Assembly: GCA_041946825.1 (NCBI GenBank)
Contig: JBHGBD010000048.1
Coordinates: 1 to 18,965, forward strand
Direction of reading: 5' to 3'
Length of the DNA stretch: 18,965 nt
Origin: Terriglobia bacterium
GTDB taxonomy: Bacteria; Acidobacteriota; Terriglobia; UBA7540
Part shown: positions 1-8,498 of the stretch, piece after piece
Position numbering within the stretch: position 1 is the stretch's first letter
Layout: each line of letters starts with the position of its first letter
The notes under the pieces: model-generated
What the model was told of the DNA's origin: nothing
Seen by the model: only the letters and a program-made list of their open reading frames with translations
Database searches by the model: none
Made by a program: the position numbers and the translations under genes

Positions 1-272
1 CCGACCTCGACAATGTGCGTAGCAGGCACGAGCAGAGTGCGGAGCAGGAGCGTAGCAGGTGAGAGTCGAAGCGTAGCGGGGTCGTTACGGCGAGTGATTG
101 ACCTTCGGTCTCGGGCAGGGAGACTGCGTGGAACAATCTCACCCTTTAGGGAGCGGGGATCGGACTTCAATTCTCGAAAACGTCGGGAAACAGGCGGCGG
201 AAGATTGCCTCGGGGGTCTTGTACATCTTGAGCGGGGGACAGAGATGCTTAATGGGGCTAAGCAACGCCGAG

Positions 273-297
273 GCGCAGTGACTTAACGTCACTGCGC
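273..297. other. Perfect 10-bp stem hairpin GCGCAGTGAC-ttaac-GTCACTGCGC with no U-tract
   Basis: Read directly. A 7-bp inverted repeat, ATGACGT-N22-ACGTCAT, follows at about 315-350. Confidence 0.5.
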
Positions 298-712
298 TCA
301 AAGACAAACTTCGTATGACGTCCCACTCCATAGGATGAAGGACACGTCATGGAACGCCTTTTGCCTTCCGATGTCCGATCAGGTGTTTGTGTTTATGGGG
401 ATGAAAAGCCAATTTCTTTGAGATGCTCGACGGCAATGTTCAGGGAATACAGGCCCTGATTTCGACCCGTAGACACCTTCCAGCTCGAAGGGCCTGGTTT
501 GCGGTTACGCTAACGCGACTGGCCCATGCCAAATTGGCGAACGTTCTATCGCCTGCCGGGAACGGAATTACCCCTCAGCTAGCGGGTCTCAGATCCCCTA
601 TGCTGAACTCGAACCCGTCCTCCGACACGCGCTGAACGAACCTGCGAGTATTTGGCTGGCGACAACTTCCCTCTTTCCGTGCCGTCGAAGTTCGATCTCG
701 CGCTGAGAGTCG

Positions 713-1036
713 CTATCTGGTCGCGATCTCGGAATTGATTCTGACCACTTTGTTCAATTGCTCGATTTGCGACTTCAGTTCCCGGATTTGCGCCTGCTGC
801 TCTTTCACCGCCTCAACGAGCAGCGCCGTGAGTCGCGCATAGTCCACGGATTTGGCGTCCACGCCGTTCGCTTCATAGGTTACAACTTCGGGAACGACTT
901 CACCCACCTCCTCGGCAATCAATCCGATGTTGTGTTGGCCGTCGGCTTTTGCATCATATGTCACGCCGCGCAGCCGCTCCACGGTTGAGAGCGCCGCGTG
1001 GATCGTTTGTATGTTTGTCTTCCAGCGCCGGGAGCT
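713..1036 (-). other. Peptidase S74 / intramolecular chaperone auto-cleaving domain. The predicted cleavage Ser lies in SSRRWK at about 1034-1036
   Basis: Motif alignment by eye to the S-D-x-R-x-K ... IGxIAQEV ... VDYxxLxxLLVEAIKEL consensus of endosialidase and T5 L-shaped tail-fibre C-terminal domains. Confidence 0.7.
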
Positions 1037-4000
1037 ATAGGTCGTCCACGCATCGGCGATAGGATCGGTGGCCGAAGCCTGCTTCACGGTGAGAATGTTG
1101 CTGGCGTTTGAAATTCCAATCGCCACGTTACCGGGTACGACGAAATCTCCGGAGCTGAGATTCACACTATCTCGCATTACCCTGTAAAGCACGATGGTGT
1201 CAGGAAAGCCGCTGTAGGCGGTCGGTGTAATGCATGCACCACCGGGGTTTCTCCGGCTGAGCACCTGATTCAGAATGAATCCGGTGGTCGTCATGTCGAG
1301 CATCCCGCCCCCGTCCCACGTTCCCAAGTGGCTGTCGGAATAGTTGCTGCTGTATTCTGTCCCAGTACAGCCGGGCACGACAAAATAGGACTCTCCCACG
1401 CCCTGAGGTGCCTGGCAATTGGGGCCTATGCAAACCCCCTTTCTGACCACTAGAGCGTTATCAAAGAGGGCATTTCCACCCGCTACCTGGAACTTCTCGA
1501 CAGGAGAGGCTGTGCCAACTCCGACCTTGTCGCCCGCAAGAACAAGTTGATCCGTCCCTGCTGTCAGGCCGTTGGAGGGCAGGTTCAGTGTTCCCGTCAT
1601 CGTGTCGCCGACCTTGGAGACTTTAGCGAGGTCGAGCGCCGTGTCTGCCGACGTCCGTGCCCCGATTTCAGCGGTATCGCCTGCCTGGCGCGCGCTTGCC
1701 TCGGTCGTGACGTCAGCCGGCATGGCGGGGGTGAAATTCAGCTCTGCGGCTGACACGCACCCGGTGCAGTTCACGTTGTTGGCAGTCCCAACGGGGACGT
1801 TGACGAGACCCGACCCATCGCCGAAGAAGTGTCCGGCGTGGAGGTCATCCGAGAAGAACGCCCCGCCGATGGCGCTCACGTTGAACGTGTAAGGTTGAGA
1901 CGAGGAAAACTCTCCCCGCGAGCCGTCGGACCAGACGAAGGTTTTGTTATGGATTGCCCGGGCGCGGAAGCCGGCGGCAAGGCTCCCTTCGCCCTCCGCG
2001 ATGTTGAACTCACCGCCCGGTACCGTCGATACTCGCCCGCTGGCCGCGTTGTGCTGACCTCCGCCGACGGCGGCATAGGCCCCGTCACCAAATACGTCAT
2101 TGTTGCTTCCCGCTTCGTTATCCGCCCCGCCGGCGACGGTCCCGTAATCGTCCGTCACGCGGTTGGCACCGCTGGTTGCCGAACCGCCCCCGCCGATGGT
2201 TGCACCTCCGTAGGCCCAGCGGACGTAATTCCCGCTCATGCCGCCAATGATATTCGGGCTGTCATAGCCGGACTGGAACACCAGGGCATTGTTGATCGAC
2301 CCGCTCACCCTCAGGTTGCCGTTGACGGTCTGGGTCCCCGTAAAGGCGTTGTCGCCTTGAGTGGTTGCGCGTAGGTCGATTGCAGCTTGAAGCGCCGTGT
2401 CCGCATTGGTGCGGAGCACGGCCTCAGCGTTGAGGTTGCTTTGCAGTGTGATATCGGCACCACTGCGGGCGGTGCTTTCGGCACTATCAGCTGCTTGGAG
2501 CGTTCCGACCTCAGTAGCCAACTGCCCTTGCGTCACCGCGTCTGGAATGTTGCTGATGTTGAGATTGGTCAGCCCCGCCCCATTGCCCGAGAATGAGCCC
2601 GTGAAGGAAGGAGCTGAAATACCACCTGCAGCCCAGACATTCCCACTGCCCTCGACACGGAATTTCTCTCCCTCGCCAGTCGCGCCGCTCAGGATCTTCC
2701 CTCCTTGCTGATTCACGAAGAGTCCGGCGACTCCCGCTGGACTCTCGACGTGCCCCTTTACGCCGATGGTTGTTCCTGTCGTGTCATGTGCCTCGCCGTA
2801 TACGCCTGTACCTGTGGGCCCGTCCGTCATGCCCCTCACGCCAAACGTTGGGCTGGTGCCATCGACTCCCGATCCGTTGCCGGAGGACACAGCATAGATT
2901 GCTGGCGAGTTGCTTACGTTGGTGGCGCGAATCGCGTTTACCCCGTCGGTGTTGAGTTGTTGAGCGATTAGTGCCGCCCCAGAGCCGTTTTGATCCACTT
3001 TGAGTACCTCACTGTCCGTGTTCCCGTACATGCCCTGTTTTCCGTTGAAGTCGTTCCCCACATCCAGCCGCGCGTAGGTCGCGGCGGGGACGTTCCCCAA
3101 AGCAGCCGCGTTTAACGCTTCATTCGCGCTAAGGGCGGACGTGGCTGTCTGGGCGGTGTTGGCAGTCTCTGCGGTTTGTGCTGTCGTCGCGTGCTCAGCA
3201 TTGGCTGCCGTGGCCGCTGTCGTGATACCCGTCAGCCCCGAGCCGTCGCCGGAAAACGATCCGGCCGTGATACTGCCCGGTACTGAGATAGTGCCCTCAG
3301 TCCAGATGTACATCCGGTCTTTGCCGTCTGTCCGGAAAATGAGCGGAGCGACCGTTCCGGGGTCAGTTTGCACCACGCCGTGATCGTTGGCGAAGAACAG
3401 CGACATGGATTTGTTCTCGGAGCTGATGAAATTCAATTGCCTGAAGGTGCCTGAGGGATTCAAGATCTGGATGTCGCTCTGGCCCCTCAGGGTTCCCGTG
3501 AGGTCAAGATTTCCCGAGATGCTCTGGTCGCCTGTGAAGGTGTTGGTCGCAGTGAGTTGCGCAAAGCTGGTAGCAGGTTGCCCGCCCAGCATTTGGGCGT
3601 TTGTGGCGTCGAGCGCCGTAAGCGCACTGGTCGCCGGGCCGTTTTTGGTGCCACTTCCGGCGTAGTTGATTCCCAGTTGCTGATCTACGACACAGTCCGT
3701 GCAGTTGAGCCCTGTCGCTGTCCCGCCTCCGGTTGAAGCGGTTGTCTGCGTAGTGCCGTCGGGAAAGATCAGGCCCGTTCCATCGCCGCTGATTTTCAAA
3801 TTCCCCGCCACCTCCAGCTTTTCCGTAGGAGCGGTTGTCCCGATGCCGACATTGCCGGTCCCCTTGATAAGCATGATCGGGTCTTTGGTGGAGATGTTGA
3901 GGTTGTCTTCCCCTTGAACGGAATCTAGATTCGAGAAGAATCCAATATCGTTCTGCTGGTTGTCGGTGCCCAAAACGACCATATCTTTCTGATCCAGTTG

Positions 4001-7000
4001 CGGACTCGAGTAGCCAAAATAGGCGATCCCGCCTTGGGCCGTGTGCAGTGCCAACCCGGCGCGGCCGTGGGGCATGTCCATGTTGACGTTGAGCCCCGTA
4101 ACGAATTGCGGATAGTCAGTGCCGTCAGGGTTTACACGCAGGCTCCCGCCATCCACATGTAGCCTCTCACCAGGTGCCCCGGTTCCGACGCCTACGTTGC
4201 CGTTGCTCTTCAGGACGGTGAACAACGACTCCCCGTTCCGGTCGATGCTCATATACTGCGGCGCCACACGGTAGAGGAGGCTGAGGCCGACGCCCGACTC
4301 ATCCTCTTCCATGAACTCGATGCCGTTGGGTCCGCCGCCACCGAGGCGTATCTGGGGGTTTGAGCCTCTGATGTCGAGCGCACGCTGCGGGGTGAGTGTG
4401 CCAATCCCCGCCTGTCCAGTCGTCGTCAGGTTACCCGAAATGCTCTGGTCGCCCGAAAAGTTATTGGTGCCGCCCAGGACGGCGGGAGCGAACGCCAGCG
4501 CGCCGCTGGGGATATTCGTCAGCCCCGAGCCGTCGCCGGAAAAGCCCGACGCTGCCACCGTGCCGCCGACCATGAGGTCGTTCGAGAAGAACCCCCCGCC
4601 CTGGGCGCGCACGACAAACTGGTTGTTGCCGGTGGAGGACACGTCGTCATCCGTCGATCTGTCGCCCCAAACGAAAGTGCCGACCTCAATCGCTTTGGCG
4701 TGGTATCCCGCAGCGAAACTGTGTTCGCCAAGAGCCTGGTTGTAAGAACCACCAGGCACAGTGGCGGCATAGGCGCCGGCCAGGTTGTGCTCGCCCCCGC
4801 CCACTGTGCTGTCGTTGCTGTTGGCTTCGTTGTGGTTGCCCCCCGCCACGGTCGACTTGGCGCCGCTGGCCGTGTTATCCGCCCCCCCACCCACGGTCGC
4901 GAAAGCAGCATTGTCGGCGCTTTCGGCATTGTCCCCCGCCTGGTTGTTGACGCCACCCGCGACTGTGCTGAAGTCGTCCGTCACACGGTTGAACCCGAGG
5001 CCCGCGTTTCCACCCCCTCCAATCGCTGCCCCTTGCACGTCTGGCACGACATAGTTGCCACTGGTGCCAGCGATGAAGTTCGCGCCGTACGGGTCGCTGC
5101 CCTGGATTACCAGCCCTCCATTGATTGAGCCAGTCACCGAGAGGTTTCCGCTAATGCTTTGGTCTGCCGTGAAGTTATTAGTGCCGCCCAAGTCGGCGGG
5201 AGCGAACGCCAGCGCGCCGCTGGGGATATTCGTCAGCCCCGAGCCGTCGCCGCTGAACGATGCCGCCGACACGTTGCCCGGCGTCGTGAGGTTGGCCGAT
5301 CCGCTTTCAAAATTCACGGCGGTGAGGGGAGTACCCGAGGCGTCGACTCCAGTAATGAACCTGAAACCGCCCGTGGCGCGGGCGACGAAAGAGTTCCAGC
5401 CGGCGTCGGTGACGTCGGCGTCGGTCTGGTCGCCCCACACGAAGCTTCCACCACTTGTGGCTTTGGCACGGTTACCTGCCGCGAAGCTGGAGAACCCTGC
5501 CGTGTTCTTGAAGCCTCCCGGCACGGTCGCAAAAACGCCATCGGCGATGTTCTGGTCTCCTCCCCCCACGCTGTCGGCCCAGTTCCCGGCGGTGTTGCCG
5601 CTCCCGCCCGCCACCGTCGAAGCCCCGCCCTTCGCGGTGTTGCCCGCTCCACCCGCGACCGTATCGGCCCATGCGCTGGCTTTGTTTCCATCACCTCCGC
5701 CGATAGTTGCGCTCGTCCAGCCAGGTCCCGCCGCAATGTTATTCACGCCCCCGCCGATAGTCGAGCCTCCTGCGTTGGCTTTATTGAATACGCCGCCGGC
5801 CACAGTGGCACAGCAGGCGTCATCGAGCGTTCCCGCGTCGTCCCCCGCCTGATTGCCAGCTCCGCCGCCGATGGTGCTTGTGACGTCCGTGACGCGGTTA
5901 GGGTACAGGACCTCGCCGCCGCCGCTAATCGTGACCGTGTGCAGCCCTGGCGCAATGTAGTTGGCACTAGAGCCGGCAAGTATATTGGGGCCATCTGCGG
6001 TGGTGTCGATCCGCAGTCCGTTGGAGCTGATCGCACCCGTCAGGCTAAGGTTTCCAGTGACGGTCTGGTTGCCGACAAAAAGGTTTGTCCCTAGTGTGGC
6101 CACGCCGGTGACATCGCCTACAGGGTGGGTATGAACAAGCTGTGAATATCGCGCGTCCGTGTAGCCGGTATTGAGATCTAGCCTGCCCGTAGTTCGAATC
6201 GGCCCTCCCGTCAATCCAGGACCGGTCATGATGCTGGTAACGGTTCCGCCCGTTCCCGTGGGGAAGCCATTCAGATCCAGGTAGGAATTGGCGCGCACGT
6301 TGCCCCCACCATCGACGCTGAACATCTCAGTTCCCGGTGCGACGCCAGAACGGCCACTCAGGATCTTGCCGTTCGTGTCGGTGGTCAGGAACGAGCCCGC
6401 GACACCTGTGGCGCTATTCACTTGGCCCCCCACGCCGACGGGGATAGCGGTTGTGGAAATGGAAGAGGCATATCCAAAGATGCCGGTACCAGTCGCGCTA
6501 GTACTGGCCCCGTGGACGCCAAAAGTCTGCCCGCTTACGGCCGTGGCCTGTCCACGGACTGCGGCTTTGCCGCTGGTCGGGCTCACAACGATTGCAGACA
6601 ACGCGTCCCCTGTGCCGTTCTGCTGGACGGATACCACCTGGTTCGTGGTGGTGTCGGCGAAGCTCGTTGCGGGTGTAGTTTTGGGCGCGCCCCCACCGGC
6701 GGCAGCAGGTGCGGCGGCAAGGGCTTTGCCAGTCGAGGCCGCCGTCGTTTGCGCCGGCATGAGCACCGCGACGGCGGTGCGCACTTTCTGCTCAAGTTGC
6801 TCCGCGAGGACGAAATCCGAGGCACGTTTGCCCCCGAGTTTTGCCGCGTCTTCGGCTTTGAGAGCGTAAGGGACACTCACCATCAGGACACGCGGATCCT
6901 CATCGCGATTCTCAACCTGGACACCCAGCCATCGCGCTTTTCCGGCAGGAAAGAGTTCGACGGGAACGCCCGTGTTCGCAGTCGCTCCCAGCAGAACCGT

Positions 7001-7291
7001 GTAGCGGCCCTGCTCATCGAGTTGGATGACCTGGGCTTCATTCCATAGCGCCGTGCCGCCTTGCGGCTCTTCATAAACTGAAAACGTGAGCCGCACAGCA
7101 ACGTTGCCGATCGGTTCGCCGTTGCGATCTCTTACCACGCCGTTGAACTGGATCAACCGCGGCACTGGCGCGACGGAGGTTTGGCTGGTCTCGGCCGTCG
7201 GCTCCGACTGCGCGATCGCCGTAAATGGAAGACCGACCGCCAACAGCAGAAGAATGAATGTCATCCGGAAGACACGTGTAGGGCGACGCAT
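713..7291 (-). CDS. Giant secreted fibrous protein (~2192 aa), phage tail-fibre/tailspike-like. It has Hep_Hag/YadA-head-like 14-residue repeats and a C-terminal intramolecular chaperone (Peptidase S74) domain
   Basis: The ORF 713..7342 is uninterrupted. I place the start at the ATG at 7291 because GGAGGTG sits 5 nt upstream (plus-strand complement cacctcc, 7297-7303). A classic signal peptide follows: MRRPTRVFRMTFILLLLAVGLPFTAIA|QSEP. The C-terminus reads ...YSSRRWKTNIQ...HNIGLIAEEVGEVVPEVV...VDYARLTALLVEAVKEQQAQIRELKSQIEQLNK, which matches the endosialidase CIMCD / S74 consensus (S-x-R-x-K dyad) plus a terminal coiled coil. There are many repeats of the form xTVxGGxxNxAxG and five copies of F(S/F)G(D/N)G(S/A)GL(T/V)N. 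Confidence 0.85.
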   Translation of the reverse strand: MRRPTRVFRMTFILLLLAVGLPFTAIAQSEPTAETSQTSVAPVPRLIQFNGVVRDRNGEPIGNVAVRLTFSVYEEPQGGTALWNEAQVIQLDEQGRYTVLLGATANTGVPVELFPAGKARWLGVQVENRDEDPRVLMVSVPYALKAEDAAKLGGKRASDFVLAEQLEQKVRTAVAVLMPAQTTAASTGKALAAAPAAAGGGAPKTTPATSFADTTTNQVVSVQQNGTGDALSAIVVSPTSGKAAVRGQATAVSGQTFGVHGASTSATGTGIFGYASSISTTAIPVGVGGQVNSATGVAGSFLTTDTNGKILSGRSGVAPGTEMFSVDGGGNVRANSYLDLNGFPTGTGGTVTSIMTGPGLTGGPIRTTGRLDLNTGYTDARYSQLVHTHPVGDVTGVATLGTNLFVGNQTVTGNLSLTGAISSNGLRIDTTADGPNILAGSSANYIAPGLHTVTISGGGEVLYPNRVTDVTSTIGGGAGNQAGDDAGTLDDACCATVAGGVFNKANAGGSTIGGGVNNIAAGPGWTSATIGGGDGNKASAWADTVAGGAGNTAKGGASTVAGGSGNTAGNWADSVGGGDQNIADGVFATVPGGFKNTAGFSSFAAGNRAKATSGGSFVWGDQTDADVTDAGWNSFVARATGGFRFITGVDASGTPLTAVNFESGSANLTTPGNVSAASFSGDGSGLTNIPSGALAFAPADLGGTNNFTADQSISGNLSVTGSINGGLVIQGSDPYGANFIAGTSGNYVVPDVQGAAIGGGGNAGLGFNRVTDDFSTVAGGVNNQAGDNAESADNAAFATVGGGADNTASGAKSTVAGGNHNEANSNDSTVGGGEHNLAGAYAATVPGGSYNQALGEHSFAAGYHAKAIEVGTFVWGDRSTDDDVSSTGNNQFVVRAQGGGFFSNDLMVGGTVAASGFSGDGSGLTNIPSGALAFAPAVLGGTNNFSGDQSISGNLTTTGQAGIGTLTPQRALDIRGSNPQIRLGGGGPNGIEFMEEDESGVGLSLLYRVAPQYMSIDRNGESLFTVLKSNGNVGVGTGAPGERLHVDGGSLRVNPDGTDYPQFVTGLNVNMDMPHGRAGLALHTAQGGIAYFGYSSPQLDQKDMVVLGTDNQQNDIGFFSNLDSVQGEDNLNISTKDPIMLIKGTGNVGIGTTAPTEKLEVAGNLKISGDGTGLIFPDGTTQTTASTGGGTATGLNCTDCVVDQQLGINYAGSGTKNGPATSALTALDATNAQMLGGQPATSFAQLTATNTFTGDQSISGNLDLTGTLRGQSDIQILNPSGTFRQLNFISSENKSMSLFFANDHGVVQTDPGTVAPLIFRTDGKDRMYIWTEGTISVPGSITAGSFSGDGSGLTGITTAATAANAEHATTAQTAETANTAQTATSALSANEALNAAALGNVPAATYARLDVGNDFNGKQGMYGNTDSEVLKVDQNGSGAALIAQQLNTDGVNAIRATNVSNSPAIYAVSSGNGSGVDGTSPTFGVRGMTDGPTGTGVYGEAHDTTGTTIGVKGHVESPAGVAGLFVNQQGGKILSGATGEGEKFRVEGSGNVWAAGGISAPSFTGSFSGNGAGLTNLNISNIPDAVTQGQLATEVGTLQAADSAESTARSGADITLQSNLNAEAVLRTNADTALQAAIDLRATTQGDNAFTGTQTVNGNLRVSGSINNALVFQSGYDSPNIIGGMSGNYVRWAYGGATIGGGGSATSGANRVTDDYGTVAGGADNEAGSNNDVFGDGAYAAVGGGQHNAASGRVSTVPGGEFNIAEGEGSLAAGFRARAIHNKTFVWSDGSRGEFSSSQPYTFNVSAIGGAFFSDDLHAGHFFGDGSGLVNVPVGTANNVNCTGCVSAAELNFTPAMPADVTTEASARQAGDTAEIGARTSADTALDLAKVSKVGDTMTGTLNLPSNGLTAGTDQLVLAGDKVGVGTASPVEKFQVAGGNALFDNALVVRKGVCIGPNCQAPQGVGESYFVVPGCTGTEYSSNYSDSHLGTWDGGGMLDMTTTGFILNQVLSRRNPGGACITPTAYSGFPDTIVLYRVMRDSVNLSSGDFVVPGNVAIGISNASNILTVKQASATDPIADAWTTYSSRRWKTNIQTIHAALSTVERLRGVTYDAKADGQHNIGLIAEEVGEVVPEVVTYEANGVDAKSVDYARLTALLVEAVKEQQAQIRELKSQIEQLNKVVRINSEIATR
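4479..4537. repeat. 59-bp exact intragenic direct repeat, copy 2
   Basis: Identical to 5194-5252 (within +-1 nt). A third partial copy, cgtcagccccgagccgtcgccgg, is at about 3228-3255. Confidence 0.8.
5194..5252. repeat. 59-bp exact intragenic direct repeat, copy 1 (encodes GDGSGLTNIPSGALAFAPA)
   Basis: cggcgggagcgaacgccagcgcgccgctggggatattcgtcagccccgagccgtcgccg is identical at 4479-4537. Each copy is embedded in a roughly 715-bp diverged tandem module. Confidence 0.8.
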
Positions 7292-7296
7292 GGAAT

Positions 7297-7303
7297 CACC
7301 TCC
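7297..7303 (-). promoter_or_regulatory. Shine-Dalgarno GGAGGTG for the giant gene
   Basis: The reverse complement of 7292-7310 is cagtcttGGAGGTGattcc, followed by ATG. Confidence 0.5.
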
Positions 7304-7746
7304 AAGACTGTCAGGCAGCGCGAGTGATAACGCTGGGCACACTTCTGTCTCGCTTGGAGCGAGTTTGATTCACACCGTGCAGTTCACCTGCCATACCGCA
7401 AACTGGTTGCAGGAGAATGTCACAGTGCTGGAATTGTCGCATCGCAGTTAGTATTGTGAGGTTGAGGAAAGACCGATAGCTCTTGGAGCAGGAAGCCTGG
7501 ATTTGGGCGAGTTGCCCTAGTGGAACTCATGGAGCAGTGTGCCTCAAACTGCAACTTAAGATGAAACGTTTTGCGACTGGGTGTTTACGGATGTCATATC
7601 ACTCTACTTACTAAGGATGGAACCAAGGGGCCCGATACGGATCGCCATCACTCAACGAGCGAGAGTCTCTTGCGATTTGTATATTCCCCCGAGCATTATC
7701 TCAACAGATATCATGCTGAATCTTTAGATTATCCATTCGACTCTTA

Positions 7747-7761
7747 GTGACATTGTGTCAC
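7747..7761. promoter_or_regulatory. Perfect palindrome GTGACA-TTG-TGTCAC, a candidate operator
   Basis: Read directly. It is a 6-3-6 inverted repeat in the non-coding spacer. Confidence 0.3.
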
Positions 7762-8285
7762 ATCGACTTTGAGTCCGCGGGTTCGAAGGGAGACGTTAGG
7801 TGATTGTGGATTTGGCCGAGCCAGATCGCGCCCTAGAAAGATGCGACGCAAGTGAAGTACTCCGCTGCTCGCTTTCGCGCTGCGCGAAGTTCCGCCACGG
7901 ACTGAGATGGGATTTCGGTTCGATGTTGCGGAGATGACCTTCACAGTCGGATTTGTGAGCTTGTGCCTTGGGAGGGCGGCGCCCCGAAAGGATGCTCGAT
8001 CGGTTTGGAATTAGAATTCGGTGAAAATCAGGCGTCTGCATTCCATCGACGTCTCTCGCCCGATATATTGTGATCGGCGCAGCCGAATACGCACACCGAA
8101 GTAACGAACTCGTCGCATTACTCGCCGGTGGTGCACACAGCTGGGAGATTTCCTGTTGCGTTTCGTGTCCGTTCGGACCGGAAGCAAGTAAACCACCCGG
8201 CATTTACCGCCAACCCTTCCAGTAGTAGCACCAGAACCTTCACCAGCACAACCATGGTCCCAGGACGAGTTGTGGCGATCGTCAC

Positions 8286-8293
8286 GGGGGGGG
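8286..8293. repeat. G8 homopolymer tract in the non-coding spacer
   Basis: gtcacggggggggcaac. This is a potential slipped-strand site. Confidence 0.4.
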
Positions 8294-8498
8294 CAACAGG
8301 TGCTCGATTTCTGTTCGGGTTGTGTGGTAGGGCCGGGAGGGATCACGCTCAGAAAGTCACGCCGGGACCGAAACCCTAACCCCGTTTCCATTGCCATCCT
8401 GACATCTGACCTACTCCGCCGCCACCAATAGAGAAGGGTCACATGGAATTCTCGGGGATGCCCCGGGAGGGCAAATCTTCTCATCCCAAGTGTCCTCA

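Larger units (their letters stand above)
7343..8498. other. 1.15-kb ORF-poor, visibly AT-richer spacer between the giant gene and the HTH gene. It is a candidate long leader, ncRNA or horizontally acquired scar
   Basis: No convincing ORF on either strand; the only ORFs are Arg-rich frames with rare AGG/AGA codons. It contains the palindromes GTGACAttgTGTCAC (7747-7761) and TTCGCGctgCGCGAA (7874-7888), and a G8 tract (8286-8293). Confidence 0.5.

Noticed and set aside
560-640. tRNA on the minus strand suggested by ctcgaaccc (GGTTCGAG)
   Set aside because: No T-stem, acceptor or anticodon arm can be paired around it.
2397-6869. Multiple 100-311-aa plus-strand ORFs inside the giant gene (for example 5055..5852 and 5159..6094)
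   Set aside because: They are antisense to a continuous 6.6-kb ORF with clear S74 and fibre-repeat homology. They are Pro/Ala/Arg-rich artefacts.
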